64,000 nt of DNA from Antedon mediterranea (Eukaryota; Animalia; Echinodermata): positions 25,578,912-25,642,911 of the forward strand of contig NC_092675.1 in the NCBI RefSeq assembly GCF_964355755.1, given 5' to 3'. Numbering within the stretch: position 1 is the first letter of the stretch; each line of letters opens with the position of its first letter. The notes beneath the pieces were generated by a model that did no database searches, was not told the DNA's origin, and was given only the letters and a program-made list of their open reading frames with translations. Below are positions 52,492 to 64,000 of the stretch, one piece after another. Both the position numbers and the translations under genes were made by a program.

Positions 52492-53933
52492 ACGGCAAAG
52501 AGAAGACGAACGGGAGGTAAATGGGGTAGGAGGGAGTTATTTTTTGGGTTGTGTGTGAAAGAGTACGAGTAGGCCTATGGAGAGTTTATCTTGTGGAATT
52601 AGCAGAGTGATAGTTTCCTTTCTATTGGAATGAACCAGACTACTAACTGCAATTCCATGTTACAGTAGATTCAGGTATACTGCAATATCTAATTTATTTC
52701 AATATATTTTTGCATTTTAGGCCTATTGTGCGATACAAAATGTAGGCTATCTATTTAAATGTAATCAGAGCTTCTTTATAATATTTGGATTGGTACGAAA
52801 AATGTTCTGCATTAATATAACGAGTTATAATAATAATTATTCCAGATAATGCCTTACATTTAGAGGATATTCAGTATATAAATACCCAGGAATTCAACCC
52901 GCTGTTGTTGTGCAAGCTCTGAGAGAGTTCGGCGATAATTCATTGGGAGACTACAAAATCCGTGTGGATTTAACATTATTTCTTTTAAAAACCGCAACAA
53001 CACATTTTCATTGAAAGAACTTCTTTGAAAACATGGGTTTCTTTATAATATAGGCCTATGCATAATAAGTTGGTCTACCTTTCATTTAGATGTGAAAGAC
53101 TAACAAAAATCGGCCTTGGTGATTTACTGTATTTAAAAAGGGAAAAAGACCTGTATCAACTTGATTAACAATAATGCTTAGCCTTTTTATAAGTACTGGG
53201 CGTTTTCTCAAGTAGCAGACTTGATAATTAAAAGCTAACTTATGATTATGATCAATATATATTCCTCTTTTGTTGAGTATTGACATAAGACCTTGAACGA
53301 ATGCACGTAAAACCGCGATTCTTTTTGAAGTCGAATAAAAAGAAACCTGAATTCCGGTATAGTTCGGGTATTTGTTCAGTTTAGAATTGCTTCAATGGTT
53401 TTGCCCGGCTATTCACTTTGTATTGTGTTTGCGCAAAATAATAAAGTCATGTCAAAATTAGTGATAACGTCACGGATAGATATAGGCAGTATTTTTAAAC
53501 TGAATATATATGTTGCTCCATCACATGCTTCTTCTTATTAGGCCAGTTATTGACTCTACATTCATTCATTTTACGGTAAAAATCTGCATTGTCAATAATT
53601 TACAAAAGAAAAATGTACCAAGCAATAAGATTTTCACTATAGCCCAACCATTATGCCTACTCAGGTTTGGCAAAATAAAACCATAAACGACATGAATCTA
53701 CTATTTGTTCGAGATTTGTTTAAAGGAATGGATTAATTAGAAAAAAATAGGCTCGGTTATAATTAATACTTATTTTGACTTTTTTTTAAAATTGCGCGAA
53801 AAATATGGTGTGATTTAAAGAGGGCGCTCATACACCACGTGGGAGTCTTCTTCTTCGCGGTTGTTTACATGATTGTGCGTTCAAGATCCGTTCCGCTACA
53901 TTGGTCAGAATAAACACAAAATCTGAAGTGCCT

Positions 53934-56900
53934 ATGATGACCAACTCTGAAGCGAATACCGAGGAAATTGATAAGGAGAAAAATGAAGAAGAAACTCCTA
54001 AAGTTTCGTCGAAAAAGAGAAGTATGTTTAGATAGTTATTGTCGATAATATCCGTAATTTTGTGAAGATGATTTGCAGCTCCAATATGGCACCACGCCCT
54101 GTCGATTTAGAAGAGTGCTGTTGTTGTTTCTAGGCCTTCTTCTCGCGCTCTGCCTGCTGTGTGTTGTTTGTCCTGGGGATGTAAGCTTTGGAATAAATTC
54201 TTAAAAATCAATAATACAGGTTCTAAATTGTAATTAAGTGGAATATTTATACTTGTTTAACATTATTTTCGAACAATCATCTTCTACATTCAACGATTTG
54301 TTCCATGCATGATGAGAGAAATGTGGCGTGTGTTGAACACTCGCTGTCGATATAACACAGCGCGTGTTGTTCGTTTTGATGGCCATCGTTCGGGGTCGTT
54401 CTGCAATTATAAAAAACGCAGGCAAGGCCTAGGTCCTTTCCTATGTTACACAAAAACACACACGGTAATATGAAAAGATAGATTAATAACATTACTATTG
54501 TTTACGGAATTCTTAAAAAAAAGTTAATACTACACAGTAGGCCTAACCTAGGCTATTTTTACTCGGGGTACCCGAGTCTAGTACTTACTCATTTTCTCCT
54601 TCTCTTCCTCCATCTGGACACTATTGAGTAAAAAGTGCGATTTTTAAAGTACTACTCCTCCCTTATTCGTTATAGTATTGAGCTGGGATTTGGCATGAAC
54701 ATACTACAGGGACATGTCCTCAAAGCTATAGAGCCGGATTTTTAATTTTTTGTTAATTAATTTGTTTAATTAAGAAGCCACAATGTGTGACACACACCAC
54801 AGCGTTATGTAGTTATATGGTTATATGCGGATTCTTGGCGTAGTGGTTATCACGTTTGCTTAACACGCAGAAGGTACCTGGTTCGAGCCCGGACGAAACC
54901 TTTTTTTTTAACTTTATGGTGAAAAGTACTGTATACGCAATATGATAATTATACAGAGTATATCTTATTTTTATTATTTTTTAAAATACTATTGTGTAAT
55001 CGGTAATTATCACTTTTACACATGTTTATTTTGCTTTGTGCTTATTACCATTTATTTGTAATTTAAATGGATTAAAAAACTTTCTGTAACCCACATTTTT
55101 AATGTAAGAGGTTTCGTAGTGTAGTGGTTGTCAAGTCTGCTTAACACGCAGAAGGTCCCGGTTCGAGCCCTGGCGAAACCTATTTTCTTTACTTTCTAAC
55201 TGTATACGTCTGTATACAGCTTCTTTCGCTGTACCCCGAGTATTGCACATTCGTGCTTGTTAGTATAGTAGAGTTTTGATCAATTATAATACATTTTTTT
55301 ATGTAAATGCAATACTTTCAGCTTCAACTGCTTCTTGTTACGTATAATTAATAATAAATATAGGCCTAGGCTTATTTATGTTTTTTTATACTGAAATAAA
55401 TAGATTAATACAGATCGACGTTCATTCATTCATGCTGAATATATATATTTTTTTATTTTATTGTTGTAATGTTTAGGTTTACTGTAGTTGTATATATAAT
55501 AATTTAGTGGGCTACTGCAGGTACCATATTACTTGGTAAAGTCCTTAGAGACGGAATTTGGCAAAAATTATCAGGTGGGATTATAAATTGATTGCAAACA
55601 ATAGATTTATTACCAAAATCTTGTGTCTAAATTTAATCGATCACAAAATACTCTGAACTACTGTTTTAATTGTTGTTTATTGTACCATTTTTCATGCTGA
55701 AATGTGAAAATCTTTAGTATTATAATCATTTTGTTTTTGCTATAATAATTAATATTAGTAGGGACACTATTTCACACCATTAACCAATTAACATTATAAA
55801 TGTTAAAAATCGCTGCGCAATAATTTGTTTTACAGCAGTACAGTACTGGACCATGATTCAAATAAAAGTTAGAAAGCTAATTGCTGTTGAATGCTTCTTT
55901 TACAGAGATTGATACAGTTGGCGTAAACCAACTAGGAGGGTCATATGCAAATGGCCGACCTCTTCCTCCCACCATCCGTCAACATATTGTTGAACTTGCT
56001 CAGCAGGGTGTTCGACCGTGCGATATTTCGCGTCAACTGAAGGTTTCCCACGGCTGCGTCAGTAAGATTTTAGTAAGGTATGGCTTATTCAACACATATT
56101 TAGTCTGTAGTATTTTTAAAGCAATTTTACACGCACATTAATTTTCACTATTTTTTTGAACGAACCAAAATTCCAAAACCAAACGCATTTGGACATTGCC
56201 AACATTGGTTTCCTTCATGAGTAGGCTTCAGTACTTCTTTAAGCACCCAAACTAAACCGTTAATATGTGTCCTGTGATAGAACAATCAAAAAATAAATCA
56301 AGCAATACATTACTACAGTATAACCACCTACAAATTAACCTTTTTGTATTAATGGGTGGTGTCACTCAACCCAGCCTAATTTATACACAGCAACTCCCCA
56401 CCCCACCCTTTAAAGAGCCACACTTACTGTATATCCCTAGCTAGTGCATCCCTAATAGTGACTATTATTAAATATGACCATTCTATTTTTATACCTGTAC
56501 ATTCTGATGTTATTCTGTTGCACTTACTGATATTAAAATTAATGAATATTGGCAATTTATCGTACTTTATATTGCTTGCTTGGATATATGATAAATGTGT
56601 TAATATTTCCCAGGTATTATGAAACGGGGTCAATTAAGCCTGGGGTCATAGGAGGAAGCAAACCCAAAGTGGCGACGCCAGAGGTTGTTACCAAAATCGG
56701 AAATTACAAGATTGAAAATCCAACAATCTTTGCGTGGGAAATCCGAGAACAACTACTGAAGGAGAAGATATGCACAGCAGAGAATGTACCAAGCGTTAGT
56801 TCAATCAATAGGTATAAATTTTTTATTATAATTGAAATAAATCTTTTTATTTTAATTCATGTAAAAAAAAAATATTTAGTAGTTTAATAGTATGAAATGA

Positions 56901-59900
56901 AAAGAGCATCCAATTATAAGATTAAAATTTATTGTTTTAAGTGTTTAAAAAAAAAAATAAATAAATTGACTAAAATATGAGAATTAATAAAAATTCATTA
57001 ATGTATTACAGTGTAAACAATTAATTCTCTTTTATAGTTTCAATGCATTATTATACAGAACCCTATCCTATTTAACCTAATTATTATTATTATTATTATT
57101 GTTATATCATTTTCTTTCATTAGCATTTTAATATTATACACAGTATAATATGTACTATTGATGAATATTATTAGCATTTAATATTTTGAATAATTAAAAA
57201 CACATTTTCTTCCAGAGAATAATGACTCTTTAATTTAAGTTGAAAATAGAGAAATCACATTATGATGATTGTCATTAAGGAAAGCAATCAGTTTTAAAAT
57301 TATTCTCTAATTTGTAAATTGATTATTACGTCAAATCATTCAGTTGAATTGTAAATTAGCTTATTCACACATTTTACATTGACTAACCTTTTGCTAGTCT
57401 ATGACTACAATAGTGCAGGTGATCAACAGGATATTACAGTATCACATTATCACCCTTATTTTTATATTTTATCTGCATCACCATCAAAATAATAATATAC
57501 AAAAATGAATATTTATTAGTTTAATGGGAGAATATTTGTTGAAGAAGAAAATTGTTGAAGTTAAAAGATTGAAGGAAGTAAATAGGGGGTCCACTTTGCA
57601 AGTGGGTTTCCTTTTGCCTACAACAGTGCACCATAATTATTTTAAGAGCATGTAATAGCACGTTCAAATATGGTAGTGATATGCCCAAATATGGTAGTGA
57701 TATGCCCAAATATGGTAGTGATATGCCCAAATATGGTAGTGATATGCCCAAATATGGTAGTGATATGATATCATCATGTCCTTATATGGGCACATCACAT
57801 TTTTGTCACATAAAGTTTGATAGTGTAGACAGAGCTTAAGAGCATGGGATACAGTATAGTACTGTAGATGTTCAATCTTGAAAATGAGAGAAAATATGTA
57901 AACAATTGACTGAAATTAATCAATCAATACTGTAGTTCCATAGAAATTATAATCTTCTGATAAATTGTTAGATTTTGATATTTTTGCCAACTATTTTTAT
58001 GAATAATAAAACATTAATTAATGACTAAACATTTCACATTACCGTACATTAGACAATGTCAGAAAATGTAAATCGACCCAAAGTAAATTTTTAACATCTT
58101 CCTTGTAAAATGTAACATTATTTTATTTGAAAAAAATCAAATAATACAGTACTGTACTGTATAGCATTTTTTTTTGCATTATAAACAATTTTCAATGATT
58201 TTTTTTCTTTCTTCAGTTAACATTTTAAAATTGAACATATTTGAATAATTGAGGCTTTTCAACATTTATCAAATCCAAGAAAGATTGTATAAATGGAGCA
58301 GCAGCCTGCTCTCATTTATAATTAAATACACATGTGTATATTGTATACAATACTAGCACTTCTACATGTACAGTAGTAGCAGTGACATTTTTAGAATATT
58401 TTATGTAAACTCACAATAAATGCAGGTAGAATGTTTTTTTAGTTAATTAAAGTTAAACAGTACTACTGTAACAATTACTTTGTAATAATAATATTTCAAA
58501 CTTTGATTACTGCAAAACATGTATGACATTTGTAAACATTTTTTCAGTTAGTTTTTTTACATAGTCACTGATTACAAATAGATTAATTATTCTTTAAATA
58601 TTGCATTCTAGTTTTAAAATGAGATATCTAGCTTGTAGTATGAACTGTTTGTTTATAAAATCATAATAATATAATAATAATCATCTTATTAATGCATGAT
58701 GGTAACATGGTAGTATCTCACATGTAAATCAGGTGATTATGTGTAAGTTTTGCAGTATACGTTATTATCAGTTTTTTATTTTACAACAAGTTATTTTTTG
58801 TATTAAAGAATATTACGAGGCAAGATCATTGGTGGAGATGAACCATCTCCAAGGCAGAGTGGAGCATCGGCTGTCCCCATCACAAAAGAGCAGCAAGCTA
58901 TTGCAAGTAACGCTAGTATGACAGTAAACGCACTTGCTCACATGAGCCAGGACGAGGCCAAGAAGTATGCAAGCCTCCTTGCAGCCATGAGCATGAATAT
59001 CAACCCACAAAGCTTTCAACAGCAACAGGTTAATAACGGCGTAGTAAACATAGTTCCTTCACCGTACTCGATTCATAGTCTGCTTGGGATACAAGGACAA
59101 CCAATTAAGCAAGAGCCATCAGAAGGTAAGTCATCACTTTATACCAAGATTGATGCATTATTCACTGTACTCTCGTTGAAAAAACAAATATGGTGACTGT
59201 AAAAACACACCAAATAATATTAGATACATTAAAACTATTTTTTAGTCTTTATTTGTCAATTTTTTGTTTAATTTAAATTTTATCTTTAGACATTTTTATT
59301 TCTATATTCAATTCTGATAACATTTAATTGACATAATTATTTAAATACCATTATTGAATAAATGTTTTATTGATATTACAAAAAAATATTACACTTTATC
59401 TGTTCTATAACAACTCTTGCAAATCAGTTATTAACCTTAGCAACAAAAAGGTTAGCAACCGGATACCTAGTTAATTAAACAACAATGCAAAGAAAATAAT
59501 TTGATTGTTATGGTTGAGTGATCCTAAGTTTTCTCTTAGAAACATGATAGGACAGTAGTTCCTTTTTTCTCTCAACCATGTTCGTCTTGTAAGGAATAAA
59601 TTAGACCACTAACTAAAACTAAAAACAGTTCCTTAAACGCAAATCAATTTTAAGACAAAATTGTATTGAGCAAGAAAGCTTGAAATAAAGAGGTGCTAGG
59701 TCAAATGTAATACATAAGGCCTGAGAATATTTTGAATTAAAGATGATTTTATTGGTAAAAATATTGTTTTTATTGGAATATATGAAAAGAAAAGTAAACC
59801 AATTACTGTATGTTCATTTATACATTTATACTCCAAATAATGAAATACTGTACTGTATACTTCATTCTGATAAATCCATTATTTTGACAGTGATCATTAC

Positions 59901-62900
59901 TATGTACTACAATATGTCATTGAAAATGGAAAGCTGCCTTAATAATGTTGCCGATTTTTCTTAGAATTCCCAATTGTGTTTCACAAGTATTTAATACTAT
60001 AGACTTAAACATAATGTATACAAAATATTTACAATATTCATTGCATTTGTCTATAATTGCAGTACTGTATAGTAATAAAAAAATTGTATGATAATCAATG
60101 AAAATTTCCCATTCCTGTTACTTCCTTTGCTATGGCAACCATTGCATCAACGTTGAATCTAATATGCATTATTGACTTTCATATTCTGTCAGCATTATGC
60201 GCTGCCTAGTCAATAAACTACACTGTTTTCTTGTTTGCCAACATCCGCAGGCAAATATTTTTCTACATTTGTACACAATTTTATTGTTGTTATTTTAACA
60301 TTTCTGTGTAGAATACTATAATACAAAGATTATATACAGTAGCTTGTATGTCTGTCTTGTAACAGATGTATTTTTGTTTATAATTAAATGATTAGAATGA
60401 AAGATGGTATCAACATGAAATGAAAAAGAAATGAAAAAAAAATGGATAGATTTGAAAGCTAGAATTAATACTGTTAATACAGTATACAGTACACAAAATT
60501 TGTCTTTTCAAAACTTTAATTAACGACTTATCTAATAATAATAATAAATATATTTATCTAACCTAGCCTTATTACAAATAATTTTGATAAACTGAGAGAA
60601 ATTGTGCAAAATGGTCAAATTTATTTTAACATGTATTATTATTATAACTTTTTTTATGCAAGAAAGACATTTCTTATTATTTATATATGAGAAATTGTTT
60701 ATTTTTCATTAAGAAAATACATTTATTTTATACATGGATTACAAGACTTACCAGAAATTGAGAGTTAATTTTTTCAGTTTTTGAATAAAGTTATGTATAT
60801 ACAGTATATCGAATCTGCAGACAGTACTGTTTCGATCTTATTAGATCTCAGCTCAGGTTTCGAAATGAAATATTATATATACTTTATCGTTTTGATTTAG
60901 CCTTTTGCTTTTTTTTGTATCTCCATTGAGATTCAGCCACTGATACCCACAGCATTGTCATTTTTTTTAGTATTTTGCCATTAGATTTACAGTACAGTAG
61001 TACGTAGTAATCATAAAACAGAGGTTTACAATAGAATTTAAACATTGATTTGCATTTAGATTTTGTTTTATTGCTACAAAGTCTTTTTTAAAGGATTTGC
61101 TTTGTGATTGACTTTATATCAAATGTGTATGGTATACAGTACAACACCTCCTTTGGCACACCCCTATTAAGAGGACACTTGAAAAAACGAACAAGGAGAA
61201 ATATAAAATGTTTATATATGAGAAGCTTTGTTAACTCCCAAAGGTGTACCCTTAATAGGAATTCTTCTGTATTTAAATGGTTGTGGTAAATAAAATATGG
61301 AGTAAAATTATAATATACTGTATGTATGTTACAAATAGAGACAAAATGTAAAACGAACCTTTTTGTTTTATCCTCATGTATCATTCTCTAACCAATTGTA
61401 CGTATTTTGCAGATGAAAAAGCTACAGCTATTGCTATCACTGAAATGGCGAAAGAAAGCAAAGATGGAAAGTTTGATGCCGTTGAGAAAGCATACCAGAT
61501 TGCAACCAACAGTATTGGAGAAAGCGACATCTCTGCACTCGCCAATGTTGCGAGTCTTGTCAGTAACTTACAGGTACTTTCACTGGAAATTTTGTTAGTA
61601 ATTTAATAGTTTTTTTTAGTTATGGGTAAATAGACATTTTGTAATTTAAAGGACATTTTAAAATGTCAGAATGACTACAGGGAGCTAAGAGTTTTTTAAT
61701 TTAGTGTTTATTAATAGTAGAACATCCTTCAGCAATTGACAAATGGTTCCGTTATTGGAAGATAGACATTTTTTAATTTAAAGAACATTTTAAAATGTCA
61801 GAATGACTAGCTACTGTAAGGTTTTTATTTGAGTGTTTATTAAACACAGTAGAACTTCCCTCATCACTCAACAAAGTGTTCCATTATTGGAGTTATAAAT
61901 ATATTGCTCTTGTTAATGTCACAGAGTATCCCCTTGATATGGCTTTACTCTCTACTGTAATAACTAAAAAGCAATTTATAATTGAAATTTATTAAAGAAA
62001 TAATTCTGGACAAAAAAGCCTTTAAACAACACCAGACCAAAACTCTATCTTTTAAATACTATATTGTATATATTTTCAGGTACCTGTCACAGCCCAAAAT
62101 ATTGCAGTGCCTGTCATAACTCATGTTACTTCGTTACAGCATCAGCAAAATGCTAATATTCTCACCACAGACAAAGCAAGAGAAATCGTCGTCCCACTGT
62201 CTTCAGGTAACCCAATCAATTTAACTGAATTCATTTATTTTTAGGTTGTGCTGTTAAAAAATTTGTATTTGGGAAAATTTAAAACTATTTACTGTAGAGT
62301 ATTAAGAGCAACAGCAATCTTGTGTGCATATGATAAACAATTTGTAAATATAAATTTCAGTTCAAACAAGTTTGGCAAACGACAGTGCAACATTGACAGA
62401 GCTGCAACCAGCCGAGGTGTTAACCCTCCAGGCACCTGCTGTACCACAGTCCTTAGCAACAACCAAGCCTAACGAAGCTGCTAAACACCCATTACCAGGT
62501 ATGTTAAGTTCTTATTGACTTCTTAAGTAACCTGTATTGGAAAATAAACTGGCAGCCTGATGTATCAGAGATCGTCAGCCGGATAGGTACTGGTGATAAA
62601 CACTACACATGTCTGGCCCTTCTTTGTATAAACAATTGCATATGTTCAAAAAGAGTATGGGACTATCTCTTGTGTTCTGAAATGGTATAATGCAGATGTA
62701 ATGTTATTCTTATCAATATGGAGCTTTCGAATCATGTTGCATGAAAGGACATTGGTATGACCTTCCTCCAATCGAAAGGTCCCCTAATGGGAAACCATAG
62801 TTCATATAATTACTGGCAATGTAGATTTGTGCAAACTTCAGATTGAACCTTCTTGGCTAAAAACATCAAATTCACAAATTGTAATTAAACTGTAGACAGC

Positions 62901-64000
62901 TGTTTTATAATAAAGACACCATTAATATTTTTAAAAATATTCTTTTTCATTTCCCATAGTAAGATTAATCAGTATATTATCTTATTATAAATCTGGATAT
63001 ATTTTATATTTATCGTTATTCCTTTGTTGTAATTAATTGCAGACATTAAAATATAATTTCAGAATTTGATAAGCAGTTCTTTATATATGATTATTTATAT
63101 GATTAAAATTGTAATCAAAAGATTGATTATGTGGATTGAGATTGTATCTGTTTTTTTTCTAGTTGCTACATACAAGGCTATAGCACCTCGACCAGGATTT
63201 AATGTCACACACCCATCTACCATAAACCAGACGAATGGGAATGTAGCCATTTCAAGCGCAATGCTGTCTACCACAGCAGGTAAGGAGAAAAAACATCTTT
63301 TGAATAAATATACAAATAAAGAATGTTTATGAGTTTGATTGAAAACTATTTTATGAAATTCTCTTTCAATAAATAAAAATATTCTCCTCATCCAATACAA
63401 AACCTTATTATTTGTTACTAATACACCTACTGTTCTAAAGAACAGTTTTATTGAATACACTGCTTCCATGTCTCAAAATGGATTATATATGGCAAACACT
63501 GCAGAATTCTAAAAATAAACGTGCAATATAACTATTGTATATAACTATTAAATACAAATTTTAGCATACAATAGCACATGATACAAAATTAACCAATAAT
63601 GAAACATTTAGTTTTGTTGTACTTAATAAATTACAAAAAATACCTATATCCAAATTATGCTTTCTTATGAGAAATTTATTTCCCCACCATAAAATAGCTA
63701 TCATAATATATTTTTTGTTCCAGCTGACCAATCTGCTCCTCTTCCTTCAATGAGGGTGGCATTCCCTACATCAGTAGGTAATACAGTTGAATTAACAACA
63801 GTTCCAAGTCAGTTGCAGACATCACTGGCACCGCATCAAACCTTAGTGCCACAGTCTATTACAACATCTCAAGGCATTCCGTTATCATCTCTAGGACACA
63901 CCACAGTTCCTCTACAAACAGTCACCTCATTGCCTGGTTCTGTCAGATATGCACCTGGTACAATCTCAGCTCCACAGATGGTTACCTTTCAACAACTGGC
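53934..64000 (+). CDS. Paired-box transcription factor, Pax2/5/8-like (3'-partial); exons 53934-54021, 55906-56077, 56614-56811, 58809-59125, 61413-61573, 62080-62206, 62361-62498, 63163-63279, 63724->64000
   Basis: Paired domain [16 protein letters not shown]...[46 protein letters not shown]...FAWEIRE...[12 protein letters not shown], octapeptide-like [11 protein letters not shown]-rich tail. Phases are consistent. Exon 1 is inferred (MMTNSE...KKR|KIDTVG). Confidence 0.88.
54829..54900 (+). pseudogene. tRNA-Val(AAC) pseudogene
   Basis: GGATTCTTGGCGTAGTGGTTATCACGTTTGCTTAACACGCAGAAGGTACCTGGTTCGAGCCCGGACGAAACC followed by T9; two mismatches in the acceptor stem. Confidence 0.8.
55110..55181 (+). 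tRNA. tRNA-Val(AAC)-like gene, near-intact and possibly pseudo
   Basis: Perfect acceptor stem GGTTTCG/CGAAACC, anticodon arm TCTGC-TTAACAC-GCAGA, TTCGAGC T-loop; one T-stem and one D-stem mismatch; TTTT downstream. Confidence 0.7.
57664..57836. mobile_element. One-ended Harbinger-like MITE with five 21-bp tandem units
   Basis: (CAAATATGGTAGTGATATGCC)x5, then the right TIR GTTTGATAGTGTAGACAGAGCT. Confidence 0.85.
61137..61269. mobile_element. pogo/Tc1-type MITE relic
   Basis: TA|CAG...CCCCTATTAAGAGGACAC...CCCTTAATAGG...CTG|TA, similar to the copy at 17432. Confidence 0.6.

Larger units (their letters stand above)
54556..55261 (+). mobile_element. Helentron-type non-autonomous element (HINE) carrying two tRNA-Val-like copies
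   Basis: TTTTT, 5' subTIR/palindrome ACTCGGGGTACCCGAGT, CT-rich tract, 3' subTIR GTACCCCGAGTA (55231-55242), stem-loop GCAC-ATTC-GTGC (55245-55256), then TTGTT. Confidence 0.8.

Noticed and set aside
57521-57751. ORF with GISLPYL repeats
   Set aside because: It is a translation of the 21-bp MITE repeats.

Overview
AT-rich, intron-rich animal genomic DNA, most likely a marine invertebrate deuterostome such as an echinoderm (inferred from the gene set, a Deu/Nin-type SINE and the base composition). Most entries in the supplied ORF track are exon fragments or spurious. I assembled seven spliced genes by hand from GT-AG junctions with consistent phases: LSM4 (-), OGFOD1 (+), a ZIP1/3-type zinc transporter (-), a GPI-anchored 3xIg+FN3 surface protein (-), PSMG3 (-), a P4HTM-like prolyl hydroxylase (+) and a Pax2/5/8-like gene (+, runs off the window end). 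LSM4/OGFOD1 and PSMG3/P4HTM are head-to-head pairs. Introns and intergenic DNA hold many non-autonomous elements: MITEs and foldbacks with readable target-site duplications, two Helentron-type HINEs, a SINE, and LINE and Penelope stubs. The most unusual observations are (1) a HINE in Pax intron 1 whose internal repeat unit is a tRNA-Val(AAC)-like gene with a Pol III terminator, and (2) two strongly over-represented short motifs: TAGGCCTA is confined to particular domains of the window, and TACWGTA matches the Tc1/mariner excision footprint. No CRISPR array or prokaryote-type system is present.
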